A stretch of 64,000 nt of DNA from an uncultured bacterium (lineage in GTDB: Bacteria > Auribacterota > Erginobacteria > Erginobacterales > Erginobacteraceae), in contig CAWGIE010000019.1 in the NCBI GenBank assembly GCA_963822585.1, positions 288,001-352,000 of the forward strand, read 5' to 3'. A program made the position numbers and the translations under genes. Positions 1 to 9,414 of the stretch are shown here, in pieces. A model generated the notes under the pieces. The model had not been told where the DNA came from. It worked only from the letters and a program-made list of their open reading frames with translations, and ran no database searches. The first letter of the stretch is position 1. Every line of letters starts with the position of its first letter.

Positions 1-1512
1 CGAACGGTTGAGGGCGGGGACGATGGAGAAGCTCTGCTGATAGCCCTGGGCCACGGTGAGGAGAAAACAGATCCCTGCCTGGAAGCCGGTATAGGCGTAA
101 CGAGGGGGTCCGGCGTTGACAAGGGCGGCCAGAAAGATCACACCGAAGATCAGGAGGGCGAATCCCCAGATACTTTCCAGATGCGGCAGCACCAGGACAT
201 AGGCGCCCAGCGCCAGGCCGCACCCGGCCAGGGCGCCGGAGAGTCGGCTGATCGATTTGATGTTGACGTCCCGGATGGACGGCTGGGCGGTCACCACCAG
301 AAACGAGATCACCGCCTGCATCCCCGCCGGCCACCGGAAGTACCACCAGCCATAGAGAGCGATCACGATCCCGACGGCGATCCGGACGGCGAACTTGAAC
401 CGGTCCGGGTCGAACCGGAACCGGCGGCCTTCCGGCGTGGGTCCGGGGGAAGAACCGGATGGCGAAGAGGAGAGAATAGTTGTCAACTCCTCCCGGGCGG
501 AAGCGAGGGAAGAGACGCAGTCGCCCAGTGTATTGAAGAAGGCCAGCACCCGGAGGGCGGTCTCCAGGGGATAGCCAAGGGGAATTTTTTGTTTCCGGAG
601 GCTGTCGAGGCGGACTTCAAGTTCCCGGAACCGCGCCCGATATCCGGCTGCCCCCTCCAGATGTCCGTCCGTCAAAGCCCGGCCGAAGTTCTCCAGTTCC
701 TGACGGACGGCGGCGCCGAAGAGGTTCAGCTCTTTTATGAAGGCATTCCGGTATTCCCCCGCGATCTCCCCTTCCAGGCACTGACGCAGACCGGTGAGCG
801 AGATGAAGAACTGCTTTAACCGGAGGATGAAGGAGAGGTAATGTTCTTTTCGCCGCCGGATGGTCCCGCTCTCCCGGGCGGCGTAATGAAGCAGATTCTC
901 CATCCGGGAGAAACCTTCCCGTACCGTCATGCCGCGGAGATCGAGGCCGGCGGCCGGTTTCCGGCCGGCCACGAAAATATCGGCCAGCTCCGCGTAATAG
1001 GCCTCCATGTCGCGGAGGGCGCTCCGGATCGCGGCGGAGAGGGCGTCTCCGGCCCGCCGCGGCCAGAGAGAAGCATTGACGAAGATCGCCACCAGGACGC
1101 CCAGGGCGACCTCGGCGCAGCGGTAGGATGCCGTAGACCAGACCAGAGAGGGCTCCTGAAGACCGGAGAAGATGATGATCACCATGGTGCCCACACCCAT
1201 GATGACAGCGTAATTGCCCGCGGCCAGGTAAACGAAGACAACGATCACTACCGCCAGGATGGCGGTGAAGAGGGAGGGGGTCTGGACAAAGGCGGTCGTT
1301 AACAGGACCCCGGCCAGGGCGCCCAGCCAGGTCCCGAACAGCCTCAGGATGCTCTTCTCCAGGGAAGCGCCTAGATAGGGGAGCATGACCACCAGGACGG
1401 TGATGCCCGCCCAGTAGGGGCGATCCCAGTGAAACCACATGGCCAGAACGACGGCGGCGGCGACGCCGAGGGCGGTCTTCAGGGCATACTGAAGGCGGCG
1501 GAACCCGGTCAT
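1..1512 (-). CDS. FUSC/AaeB-like aromatic acid exporter membrane subunit (partial, runs off window start)
   Basis: Not in the ORF track. Manual translation from ATG at 1512 gives MTGFRRLQYALKTALGVAAAVVLAMWFHWDRPYWAGITVLVVMLPYLGASLEKSILRLFGTWLG, a typical FUSC N-terminus. Start overlaps the upstream HlyD stop (TGATG). Confidence 0.85.
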   Translation of the reverse strand, partial: MTGFRRLQYALKTALGVAAAVVLAMWFHWDRPYWAGITVLVVMLPYLGASLEKSILRLFGTWLGALAGVLLTTAFVQTPSLFTAILAVVIVVFVYLAAGNYAVIMGVGTMVIIIFSGLQEPSLVWSTASYRCAEVALGVLVAIFVNASLWPRRAGDALSAAIRSALRDMEAYYAELADIFVAGRKPAAGLDLRGMTVREGFSRMENLLHYAARESGTIRRRKEHYLSFILRLKQFFISLTGLRQCLEGEIAGEYRNAFIKELNLFGAAVRQELENFGRALTDGHLEGAAGYRARFRELEVRLDSLRKQKIPLGYPLETALRVLAFFNTLGDCVSSLASAREELTTILSSSPSGSSPGPTPEGRRFRFDPDRFKFAVRIAVGIVIALYGWWYFRWPAGMQAVISFLVVTAQPSIRDVNIKSISRLSGALAGCGLALGAYVLVLPHLESIWGFALLIFGVIFLAALVNAGPPRYAYTGFQAGICFLLTVAQGYQQSFSIVPALNRS

Positions 1513-2387
1513 CAGCGGTGGGAGCCTCGGATATAGACGGTGGCGGTTTCTCCCATCCGGAGCGGATGGGAGGGATCGGGTTCGTCCAGCTCGATCCGGA
1601 CCGGGAAGCGCTGGGCCAGACGGATCCAGTCGATGGTCGGTTTCACCCGAGGGAGGAGATCGTCTTTCTTGCCGTCTCCCCGCTCGATCCCGGAGCCGAT
1701 GCTCTCCACCCGCCCGGTCAGCACCCGGCCGGGATCACCGAGCAGGACCACCTCGGCCCGGTCCCCGGGCCGGATCCGGGGAAGCCAGGTCTCCTTGAAA
1801 TAGGCCTCCACCCAGCAATCGTCGATCTCGATCAGGGCGAAGAGAGGGTCCCCGGTCCGCACATAGGTCCCGGGCCCCAGCTCCAGGCCGGTCACGACGC
1901 CGTCCGCCGGGGCATGGACCTTCGTGAACTCGAGCTGCTGGCGGACATGCTCGATCTCGGCCCGGGAGAGATCGACCTGCGCCTTGGCCTCCTGTTCCAG
2001 GGAGGAGAACTTCTGGTAGACCTCCTGGGCGATCAGTCCGTCGGGGACCAGCTTGTTCCGGCGCTTCTCTTCATCGAGGGCGTTCTGGTGAACGATCATA
2101 TCCTTATTGAGGGCCGCCTGGGCCTTCTCAAACGCCACCCGGTAGACGGAGGGGTCGATCTCCAGGAGGAGATCGCCTTTCTTCACCCGCTGGTTGTCCC
2201 GGACCACGATCCGGCTGATCGGGCCGCTTACCCGGGCGGTAATCCCGATCACGTTGGCCCGGACTTGTCCGTCCCGGGTCCAGGGGTCGCGGAAGAGTTT
2301 GTGGTAATAGACGATACCGACCAGGACCGCTACGGCGACGACAACGACAGTCACCATATGCTTGATCTGCAGTCTTTTATTTTTCAT
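1512..2387 (-). CDS. HlyD/AaeA-like membrane fusion protein
   Basis: N-terminal TM helix, PWTRDGQVRA, and WIRLAQRFPVRI motifs typical of AaeA/HlyD. Confidence 0.92.
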   Translation of the reverse strand: MKNKRLQIKHMVTVVVVAVAVLVGIVYYHKLFRDPWTRDGQVRANVIGITARVSGPISRIVVRDNQRVKKGDLLLEIDPSVYRVAFEKAQAALNKDMIVHQNALDEEKRRNKLVPDGLIAQEVYQKFSSLEQEAKAQVDLSRAEIEHVRQQLEFTKVHAPADGVVTGLELGPGTYVRTGDPLFALIEIDDCWVEAYFKETWLPRIRPGDRAEVVLLGDPGRVLTGRVESIGSGIERGDGKKDDLLPRVKPTIDWIRLAQRFPVRIELDEPDPSHPLRMGETATVYIRGSHR

Positions 2388-2418
2388 AATTTATCTTCAA
2401 ATAAGGCCTCATTAGAGT

Positions 2419-2651
2419 TTACTCGAAAAGAACGTGAGCTCCCAAATCCTAATATCTTCAGCCAAAGGCTGATCCGCCCCTGGCGGAAAATACTAAATCC
2501 TAAATAATATCAAATGACCCAAACTAAAAATCCAAAGCAACGGGGCTAAAACCGGGGATATTTGGAACATTTGATCATTTGGATTTTGGATTTGTTTAGG
2601 ATTTCGATATTAGGATTTAGGATTTCCTGCTCGAAAACCATTTCGAGCAGG
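2419..2651. repeat. ~230 bp heptamer-arm inverted-repeat cassette (element B, copy 1)
   Basis: AAATCCT/AAATCCA heptamer arm and its complementary arm. A near-identical reverse-complement copy lies at 36233-36459. Confidence 0.85.
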
Positions 2652-2656
2652 CTCTG

Positions 2657-2863
2657 TTATGGCAGGAAGACGATCTCCAGGGTGAAGGTGACGATGGTCC
2701 AGAGGGCCAGGAAAAAGAGCGGCAGATGCCAGATGAAACGGCTCCAGCCCCGGCGGCGGAGCAGGGTGATCGTCAGCCAGGCGAAAGTGAAACCGGCGAT
2801 CCCGCAGAACAGAAGCCGCGGAACCAGTATCCCCCCGATCGAGATCTCCGCCGGTATGATCAT
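2657..2863 (-). CDS. DUF1656/AaeX-like small membrane protein
   Basis: MIIPAEISIGGILVP...RFIWHLPLF; GGAGG RBS before ATG at 2863; upstream of AaeA/AaeB-like genes. Confidence 0.85.
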   Translation of the reverse strand: MIIPAEISIGGILVPRLLFCGIAGFTFAWLTITLLRRRGWSRFIWHLPLFFLALWTIVTFTLEIVFLP

Positions 2864-3023
2864 AATTCCTCCGTTCACTTCTTGTTTAGGCGACGCATGA
2901 AAGCCAGCTCGCGGGATGCCTTTATTTTTATAGACCGATCTCAATAAAAATACCAGTTGGAAATCCAATCGCTCCGCCGTTCGGACATTGTACAAAACTA
3001 CCCCGATTTATGAATGAATCGGG

Positions 3024-4643
3024 TTAAAAGCGGAAAAGGGCATAGGAACAGGGGGCGCACTCGGCCTTTAGCCCTTCTTTCCCCCAGGAAAGAAGGACGC
3101 CCCGCCCCTGAATAAGTTCAGTCCTGCCCGTCCGCGGGCCGGACGGGCAGGACGCACGTACCTTTCGCCCGGACGGGTTGAGGACCACCAGGAACCGGGC
3201 GTCGCCCAACGCCCGCTCGTAGATGAAGGGGTACCGGTTTTTTTTCGCGTAGCGGACCTTGAAGGATCCGTCAGGGCCGAGGGCCGGGTTCTCCCGGCGA
3301 AGGGCGATCAGGCCGCGCACCCGGTTGAGCAGGGAACCGGGATCGTTCTCCTGGGCGGCAACGGAGGGACGGTCCGGATCGGGATCGAGGGGAAGGTAAA
3401 AACGGGAGGGGAGGGCGCGGGAGAAACCGGCCCGGGAAGTGCCGTCCCACTGCATCGGCGTCCGGGAGCCGGTCCGGTTGTACCCTCCCTCCTTCGACGG
3501 AAGGTCGGGGAGGTAGCGCATCCCGATCTCGTCTCCGTAGTAGATCGCCGGGACGCCGGGGAGGGTCAGGAGGCAGGCGAAAACGACTTCCAGGTCTTCC
3601 CGGGTGCGGCCGAGGCTGATCCGGGGAAGATCGTGGTTCCCGCTGGGGATGGAGACGTAGCCCTCCCCGGCGGGTGGCGCCAGATATCCGAGATACTCGC
3701 CGGTAAAGCGGGTGATGTCACCGCGGCCGGCGCGGTCGAAGAAGCTGCGTCCGCCTGTTCCCGGGTAGAGGTTCCGGCCGTCTTCCGCCCGGAAGAGCGA
3801 GGTGTAGCCGCCGGAAGCGAAGTGGAGGAGGAAATCAATATGAAAACCGGCCCGGATCGCCCGGTCCGGCCGCGACCACTCGGCGATGAAGGCCGCCTGG
3901 GGGTACTCCTTCCGCATCCGGGGGAGGATGGTCCGCCAGAGGGCGACCGTGGCCGCCTGGTCCGGGTCGTTCTTCACCATGCTGAAGGCCATGTCGATCC
4001 GGAACCCGTCCGCGCCCCGGTCGAGCCAGAAGCGCATGATCTTCGTCATCTCCCCCGTCAGCCGTCGCACCTCCGGATGCCGGGGGGAGATTTGCCAGGG
4101 CTTTTCCGGATCCGGGCGGGCGAAGCCGTAGTTGAGGGCGGGCTGGAACCAGAAGAAGTTGGCCAGGTAGTTCCCGTTCCTCTCCCCGTACCCGCGGACA
4201 AACCGGAGTCCCGGCTCCTTCTCCCAGACCGACCCCGTCCAGATGTACCGGCGGGCGAAGCGGCCCGGGCGCCGGGCGGCGGAATCCCGGAACCAGGGAT
4301 GCTCGATCGAAGTGTGGGCGGCGACCAGGTCGAGGACGACTTTCATTCCCCGCCGGTGAGCTTCCCGGAAAAGCCGGCCAAGATCGCGGTTGGTGCCGTA
4401 GCGGGGAGCCACCCGGCAGAAGTCGGAAACGTCATACCCGGCGTCCCGGAAAGGAGAGACGAAGACCGGCGTCAGCCAGATCACGTCGCAGCCGAGCGAT
4501 CGAATGTAATCCAGTTTCTCGATCACCCCCCCGATATCGCCGATCCCGTCCCCGTTGGAGTCGCGGAAACTCTGCGGGTAAACCTGGTAGATGACGGCGG
4601 AGCGGAGCCAGGCGGGAATATTCTCTTTCTTCTTTTTACTCAT
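3024..4643 (-). CDS. GH13 alpha-amylase family glycosidase (alpha-glucosidase/trehalose synthase-like)
   Basis: YQVYPQSFRDSNGDGIGD, DGFRID, NHD, YYGDEIGM and RTPMQW motifs. Confidence 0.92.
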   Translation of the reverse strand: MSKKKKENIPAWLRSAVIYQVYPQSFRDSNGDGIGDIGGVIEKLDYIRSLGCDVIWLTPVFVSPFRDAGYDVSDFCRVAPRYGTNRDLGRLFREAHRRGMKVVLDLVAAHTSIEHPWFRDSAARRPGRFARRYIWTGSVWEKEPGLRFVRGYGERNGNYLANFFWFQPALNYGFARPDPEKPWQISPRHPEVRRLTGEMTKIMRFWLDRGADGFRIDMAFSMVKNDPDQAATVALWRTILPRMRKEYPQAAFIAEWSRPDRAIRAGFHIDFLLHFASGGYTSLFRAEDGRNLYPGTGGRSFFDRAGRGDITRFTGEYLGYLAPPAGEGYVSIPSGNHDLPRISLGRTREDLEVVFACLLTLPGVPAIYYGDEIGMRYLPDLPSKEGGYNRTGSRTPMQWDGTSRAGFSRALPSRFYLPLDPDPDRPSVAAQENDPGSLLNRVRGLIALRRENPALGPDGSFKVRYAKKNRYPFIYERALGDARFLVVLNPSGRKVRASCPSGPRTGRTELIQGRGVLLSWGKEGLKAECAPCSYALFRF

Positions 4644-4734
4644 AACAATACCGACACCAGGGAGCTTTCCTGCCGGAATGCATGGCCATGTTGTATCATA
4701 GCCACATCCCGCCCGGAAAAGAAAAATATTTCTA

Positions 4735-4762
4735 TTGACTTGGGGAGAGGAAAGCGTAGAGT
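4735..4762 (+). promoter_or_regulatory. Putative sigma70 promoter of csp copy 1
   Basis: TTGACT-N16-TAGAGT. The same hexamers and spacing occur before csp copy 2. Confidence 0.65.
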
Positions 4763-4774
4763 AGTCGCGTCTTA

Positions 4775-4936
4775 AGTAAGCATTGGTTCAACAGGTGTCA
4801 TACCCTGATCGGTCGCAAGTGCCTTACTGGAGCTTGCGGCCTTTTTTTTGAGCCAATCCGGGGAGTGGATTACCATCGGGAGAAGGTCTCCCGGTACACC
4901 TCCGGTTCGAACAATGCAGTATAGGAGATAGCCATA
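4775..4936 (+). promoter_or_regulatory. Structured 5' leader with intrinsic terminator (candidate attenuator), copy 1
   Basis: GGTCGCAAG/CTTGCGGCC stem followed by T8; conserved with covariation against 5286-5459. Confidence 0.7.
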
Positions 4937-5143
4937 ATGACTAAGGGTACAGTCAAATGGTTCAACGACCGCAAGGGCTTTGGATTCATCGCCCTGGAAA
5001 ACGGCGAGGACGTCTTTGTCCATCACAGCGCCATCCAGAGTGACGGGTTCAAGTCATTGAATGAAGGCGAAATCGTGGAATTCGACGTCGCCCCCGGCCG
5101 GAAGGGCCAACAGGCCATCAACGTGGTCCGTTCCCAGCAGTAA
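4937..5143 (+). CDS. cspA: Cold-shock protein (CspA family)
   Basis: GTVKWFN, KGFGFI (RNP1) and DVFVH (RNP2); AGGAG RBS. Confidence 0.96.
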   Translation: MTKGTVKWFNDRKGFGFIALENGEDVFVHHSAIQSDGFKSLNEGEIVEFDVAPGRKGQQAINVVRSQQ

Positions 5144-5162
5144 ACACGGCCGTGTTGTACGG

Positions 5163-5205
5163 AACAGGCCCCGGTTTTCATCCGAAAACCGGGGCCTGTT
5201 TTTTT
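5163..5205 (+). terminator. Rho-independent terminator
   Basis: AACAGGCCCCGGTTTTC...GAAAACCGGGGCCTGTT followed by a T run. Confidence 0.9.
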
Positions 5206-5242
5206 AAGGGCGGATGAGCATCGAAAAGAGGTAAAATAACTA

Positions 5243-5270
5243 TTGACTTATAAACTGAGGAGAGTAGAGT
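5243..5270 (+). promoter_or_regulatory. Putative sigma70 promoter of csp copy 2
   Basis: TTGACT-N16-TAGAGT. Confidence 0.65.
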
Positions 5271-5285
5271 AGTCACCACAGTATT

Positions 5286-5459
5286 AGTAAGCCTTGGTTC
5301 AACAGGTAATTTCACCTGAGCGGTCGTGAGTGTCTTACAAAAACTCGCGGCCGTTTTTTTTGGACCGGCGCCGGCAAGGTGTTGTGTTTGGATCGGAAGA
5401 ATGTCTTCCGTCCCGCACGGTCCGGAAAAATGACATCATACAATAAGGAGTAGATTGTC
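5286..5459 (+). promoter_or_regulatory. Structured 5' leader with intrinsic terminator (candidate attenuator), copy 2
   Basis: CGGTCGTGAGT/ACTCGCGGCCG stem followed by T8; homologous to copy 1. Confidence 0.7.
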
Positions 5460-5666
5460 ATGGCAACAGGAACAGTGAAGTGGTTTAACGATAGTAAGGG
5501 TTATGGATTCATAGCCCTGGATGGCGGTGAGGACGTCTTTGTCCATCACAGCGAGATCAAGACCGAAGGTTTTCGGACCCTGAGCGAGGGAGAGGCCGTC
5601 GAGTTCGAGGTCGCCCCCGGCCGTAAGGGTCAGCAGGCCATCAACGTAGTCTCCGCGCAGAAGTAA
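5460..5666 (+). CDS. cspA: Cold-shock protein (CspA family), second paralog
   Basis: GTVKWFN, KGYGFI and DVFVH; AAGGAG RBS. Confidence 0.96.
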   Translation: MATGTVKWFNDSKGYGFIALDGGEDVFVHHSEIKTEGFRTLSEGEAVEFEVAPGRKGQQAINVVSAQK

Positions 5667-5693
5667 GCACCCGGCAAGTCCGCGAACGCGGGA

Positions 5694-5735
5694 AAAAGCC
5701 CCGGTTCTCATAATGAGAACCGGGGCTTTTTTTTT
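5694..5735 (+). terminator. Rho-independent terminator
   Basis: AAAAGCCCCGGTTCTCA...TGAGAACCGGGGCTTTT followed by a T run. Confidence 0.9.
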
Positions 5736-5819
5736 GAAGCAACCGTTCGACGCCGGGCAGGAGAGGCAAAAGTTAAGATAGGGGCCACCGGAGAACCATG
5801 TACGATCTCCCGGGAGGGA

Positions 5820-6029
5820 TCAGCGGCAGCCGAACAGGCGCAGCAGGTAATAGGCGACGCCGGGGATTGTGAGGAGCCACGCACAGACAATCCTGCCGGC
5901 GATGCCCCAGCGGACCGCCGAGATGCGGTGGGCCGACCCCACCCCGACAATCGCTCCGGTGATGGTGTGGGTGGTGGAAACCGGGACCCCCAGAAAGGTG
6001 GGGAGGAAAAGGGTGCCTGCCGCGGCCGG
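5820..6029 (-). pseudogene. C-terminal remnant of a PiT-family inorganic phosphate transporter
   Basis: GVPVSTTHTITGAIVGVG...VRWG..GRIVCAWLLTIP is the PiT C-terminal signature; the rest of the gene is absent. Confidence 0.8.
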
Positions 6030-6143
6030 CGAAAAAAAGAACGAGATAGAAGCAGGAAATCTGTTTACCCCCGGTGGGAGATAAATATTGTCCCGGCGGA
6101 ATATAATCGAGTATTCTCTCCCTAAAAATATCGGGAGGGATGA

Positions 6144-6560
6144 ATGGCCAGAGTGATTAATCGTAACTCGCCGGGTAAACGGCGGGGGCACCTGATGCGG
6201 ACCGTGGCCGAGATTCAGCGGCGGCTGCTCCGGAAGCAGGCGGTGGACGAAGACGTGAAAGACATGCTGGCGATGGCGGTCTTCTGTCTCCGGGAGATCG
6301 GGGAGACGGTCCGGGAGACCGTGGATGCCTGGGATGAACGCGGTTACTGGAAGAAGGCCGCGGACTTCGAAACCGGGTGGGAGTGGGCGGGAGAGACGGC
6401 CGATGAGATTGAGACGATCCTGCGCGGGGAGAGATGGGAGGCGCTTCCCGGTCTTCTGATCGCGCTGGCCGGCCGGACCGCCGCCATCGAGGTCAACACC
6501 TTCACGCGGAAAGAGACCCTCTGGAAGGGCTGCTTCCGGAAACTGATGGAAGACAGCTGA
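6144..6560 (+). CDS. Hypothetical helical protein
   Basis: GGAGG RBS, GC-rich coding-like codon usage, no recognised motif. Confidence 0.7.
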   Translation: MARVINRNSPGKRRGHLMRTVAEIQRRLLRKQAVDEDVKDMLAMAVFCLREIGETVRETVDAWDERGYWKKAADFETGWEWAGETADEIETILRGERWEALPGLLIALAGRTAAIEVNTFTRKETLWKGCFRKLMEDS

Positions 6561-7020
6561 TCCCCCCGCCTCACCCCCTTTTTAACAGACGATCGAATGT
6601 GATCGGATATGAGTGTTCCCCCTACCTCTCCCCCTTTCGGTCCACTGATTACACAGATTTTTACCCCGCGGCGCCGAAGGCACTTTGCGGGGACTCTGAA
6701 TGCTCCTACCGCCTCGCCCCCCTTAAATAGCCGCAAAACGTAGTCCCGGGGAGACCGGAACGGTGTCTTTTCGGGAGGTGCATAAAACGCAAAAGTTCCC
6801 CCTGCGTCGCCCCCTGGATATCATTGAACGTTGAGCGTTGAATGTTGAATGTTGAACGTTTATTTTTTCCCCTATCCGGGCGAATACCGGGGTTCGCCCC
6901 CACCGATCATTTGGCGTTCGACATTAGGCTTTTCCCAACGCCGTTATTCACCGATCACTGATTACCGATTACTGATTACCGTGTTCCCGGACGTCCTGCT
7001 CTATGCCCTATGCGCTATGC
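6561..7020. repeat. Stack of short repeat arms (C-rich motif plus 9-mer arms; TTGAAYG, ATTACYG and CTATGCN heptamers)
   Basis: Visible tandem 7- and 9-mers between convergent genes. Confidence 0.7.
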
Positions 7021-7025
7021 TTTTA

Positions 7026-7589
7026 TTATTTCTTCCGGTGATACATCCAGTAAATGACTACGGCGATAATCACCAGGGCGATGATCGCCACCAGCAATAT
7101 GTACTGGTAGAGAAGGGTAGCCAACACGGCCAGGATGAAGAGCAGCCCCCCGATCAGGGCGAAGATGGAGTCATAATAGAGCCCGGCCAGAAACGTGGTC
7201 AGTGCCAGGAGAAGCAGAATCACCAGGCCGGCCGTGATGTTGTCCGCGATCCCGGCATAGACCAGCAGATGAACGTGGAAGATGATGATCAGGAGGGCCA
7301 GCCAGTGAAGAACACCGTGCCAGATGGCCACACCCGTGATCTTCCGGGGTTTCGGCCTGTCGATCCGGCTCATCCAGAGCGAGAGGACGGCAAAGACCAC
7401 CACCGAGCATGTCCAGTACCAGCGGGAGAAAGATGATCCCCCCGAGCCCGTTCGGCCCATACAGGTAATGATGATCCCGACCAGGGATACGACCAGCAGA
7501 ATAGTACTGACCACCAAGCGGGCTTTCCAGTGTTTAAGTACCAGATCGGTGTGCAAACTCCCGTCGGCCCTCTCTTCTACGGTGCTCAT
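7026..7589 (-). CDS. Hypothetical multi-pass membrane protein
   Basis: About six hydrophobic segments; AGGAGG RBS. Confidence 0.8.
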   Translation of the reverse strand: MSTVEERADGSLHTDLVLKHWKARLVVSTILLVVSLVGIIITCMGRTGSGGSSFSRWYWTCSVVVFAVLSLWMSRIDRPKPRKITGVAIWHGVLHWLALLIIIFHVHLLVYAGIADNITAGLVILLLLALTTFLAGLYYDSIFALIGGLLFILAVLATLLYQYILLVAIIALVIIAVVIYWMYHRKK

Positions 7590-7630
7590 GGCTCTCCTCC
7601 TTTCTATAACGTTATCCGGGAAATTATTTT

Positions 7631-7840
7631 ACCACGAAGGACACGAAGAACACGAAGGTAAATATTCAGAAAATTTGATAGCGATGCGGTGAATCAATCA
7701 CCATGTGATTTTTCTCAAGATAGAGGTTGATGTAGGCTGCTATAATACTTCCCCCTCTTTAATAAATGTATAGATTCGTACCAGACAGATATGTTTGTTT
7801 TTACACATGTCCTCTTCGTGATCTTCGTGTCCTTCGTGGT
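7631..7840. mobile_element. Empty ACCACGAAG inverted-repeat cassette (MITE-like)
   Basis: 27-nt arms at 7631-7657 and 7814-7840 around an AT-rich spacer. Confidence 0.75.
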
Positions 7841-7888
7841 TCTAATTACTTTTATTTCAATGTGATACGTTTTCCGAACAGGGTATAA

Positions 7889-9391
7889 TTAATTATCCAG
7901 CAGGGCTTCCGACTCGGCGATGACCGTCTCCAGGTCGGCGGAGTCCCCCTTCCCCACTTTGACCAGATAGTTGGCGATACTCAGGTTAACCCGGATCCGG
8001 AAGAGGCCGATCTTCTCCTCGATCCCTTCTTCGGGTTCCTGGCGGTTTTTGAGGTAGGTCCTGATGAATTCCTCCTCCCGATATTTCTCCAGCACTTCCG
8101 GAAAATGGCGGAACTGGTGACGGAACTGGGAAAGGAAGCAGCCGACGTCAAAAGCGGGATCGAAAACCAGCGAACTGTCGAAATCAATCACCGAGATAAA
8201 GAGCGTGCTGATGTCCTGCATCCGGTCCTGGCCGATAATGATGTTCTTGGGATGATAATCGCCGTGAATTTGAATGAACCGGTCCCGCTCTGAGGCAAAT
8301 AATTTTTCCTCTCTCCGGGAGACATATTCGACCAGCTTTTCAAACCGGACCGGGCGGTTCCCCGGAGAAGGGCGAAGATTGGCAAGATAGGACTGAAAAC
8401 GCTTCCGCTCCCATCGGACCGTTCGATCGGCGCGGCCTAACCGGAGACCGAGATCGTGGAGACAGGCCAGCCAGCGGGCCCCCAGGCGGTAATACCTGAT
8501 CCCGACGGACGGGTTGACGTTCTTGAGCAGGTCGAAGAGGAGGGCGCCCCGCTGCCCTTCCTCGATGACGACCCTTTCCCGTTCATCGATGTCGATGATC
8601 CGGGGAACCCGGAAGGTACCGCCCTCGAAACCGTGGCCGTGAAGAGCGGAGACAACCCGGCTGATGATCAGGGCCCGCTTCCATTTCTTTTCGGCCTCGA
8701 ACCGTTTCAGGATCAGCCGCTGGCGGTACTCGTCCTCACCTTTCGTTCCCAGGCTGATCTTGGTCACCACGACATGGCTCCCGGCGGCGGGGATTTCCTT
8801 GAGCAGGGGCCGGCAGCGGCCGCTCCTGATCTCCCCGGCCAGTTCTTCCACCGTCTTCACCGGATGATCGAATTGGGTGGGGAAAGTTCCGGCGGCAGTT
8901 CCCTCGTGGGCGTCGCTGCCCGCGATCGCGGTAAAGCGGTACCGGTGCCAGAGATCGAGAGCCCGATAATTTTCCTTCGGTGAATGATTGATATTAAAGA
9001 TCTCCACCGCGTCCAGATGCGGACTCAGAAGCTGCTCCTGAGACGGATCATGACCGCGGAGGGGGTGGGCCCAGACCAGGGCGGCAGCCGGGAAAAGCCG
9101 GCGTAGTCGGGCAAGTTCGGTTTTCTCTCCGATCGTCCGATCCACCCCATAAACCAGAATGTGGCCGAGATCGGTCTCCACTTCCTGGGCGGCGAAGATA
9201 AAAAAGTGATCTCCGCTCTCGGCCTCGCGCCGGAGGCGCTGCAGCTCCTCCCGGTTCCAGAGATAGTGGTGTTCGGTCAGAACGATCCCCTGCAGGTTCT
9301 TCTGCATCGCCTGACGGACAAGGTCCACCGGTTCCGCCTGGCTGCAGGCGGAATGACGGGACGTATGAACGTGCATCTCGAAGATCATCAA
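7889..9391 (-). CDS. PHP-domain phosphoesterase fused to an APH/choline-kinase-like phosphotransferase
   Basis: N-terminal HVHT, TEH, AHP and GSDAH (PHP); C-terminal HGDYHPKNI...VIDFD (kinase). Confidence 0.85.
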   Translation of the reverse strand: MMIFEMHVHTSRHSACSQAEPVDLVRQAMQKNLQGIVLTEHHYLWNREELQRLRREAESGDHFFIFAAQEVETDLGHILVYGVDRTIGEKTELARLRRLFPAAALVWAHPLRGHDPSQEQLLSPHLDAVEIFNINHSPKENYRALDLWHRYRFTAIAGSDAHEGTAAGTFPTQFDHPVKTVEELAGEIRSGRCRPLLKEIPAAGSHVVVTKISLGTKGEDEYRQRLILKRFEAEKKWKRALIISRVVSALHGHGFEGGTFRVPRIIDIDERERVVIEEGQRGALLFDLLKNVNPSVGIRYYRLGARWLACLHDLGLRLGRADRTVRWERKRFQSYLANLRPSPGNRPVRFEKLVEYVSRREEKLFASERDRFIQIHGDYHPKNIIIGQDRMQDISTLFISVIDFDSSLVFDPAFDVGCFLSQFRHQFRHFPEVLEKYREEEFIRTYLKNRQEPEEGIEEKIGLFRIRVNLSIANYLVKVGKGDSADLETVIAESEALLDN

Positions 9392-9414
9392 TATGTACCC
9401 CGGGGCCTTTTATC

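Noticed and set aside
4783..4966. TGGTTCAAC present in both the csp leader and the csp coding sequence
   Set aside because: The coding copy is fixed by the conserved W-F-N codons and differs in paralog 2 (TGGTTTAAC), so it is likely coincidence.
6561..7020. CRISPR array
   Set aside because: No identical 23-47 nt repeats with regular unique spacers, and no cas genes.
7324..7692. ORFs containing HEGHEEHE or similar periodic peptides (also 2562-2900, 6706-6903, 60112-60537)
   Set aside because: They are translations of the non-coding repeat arms.
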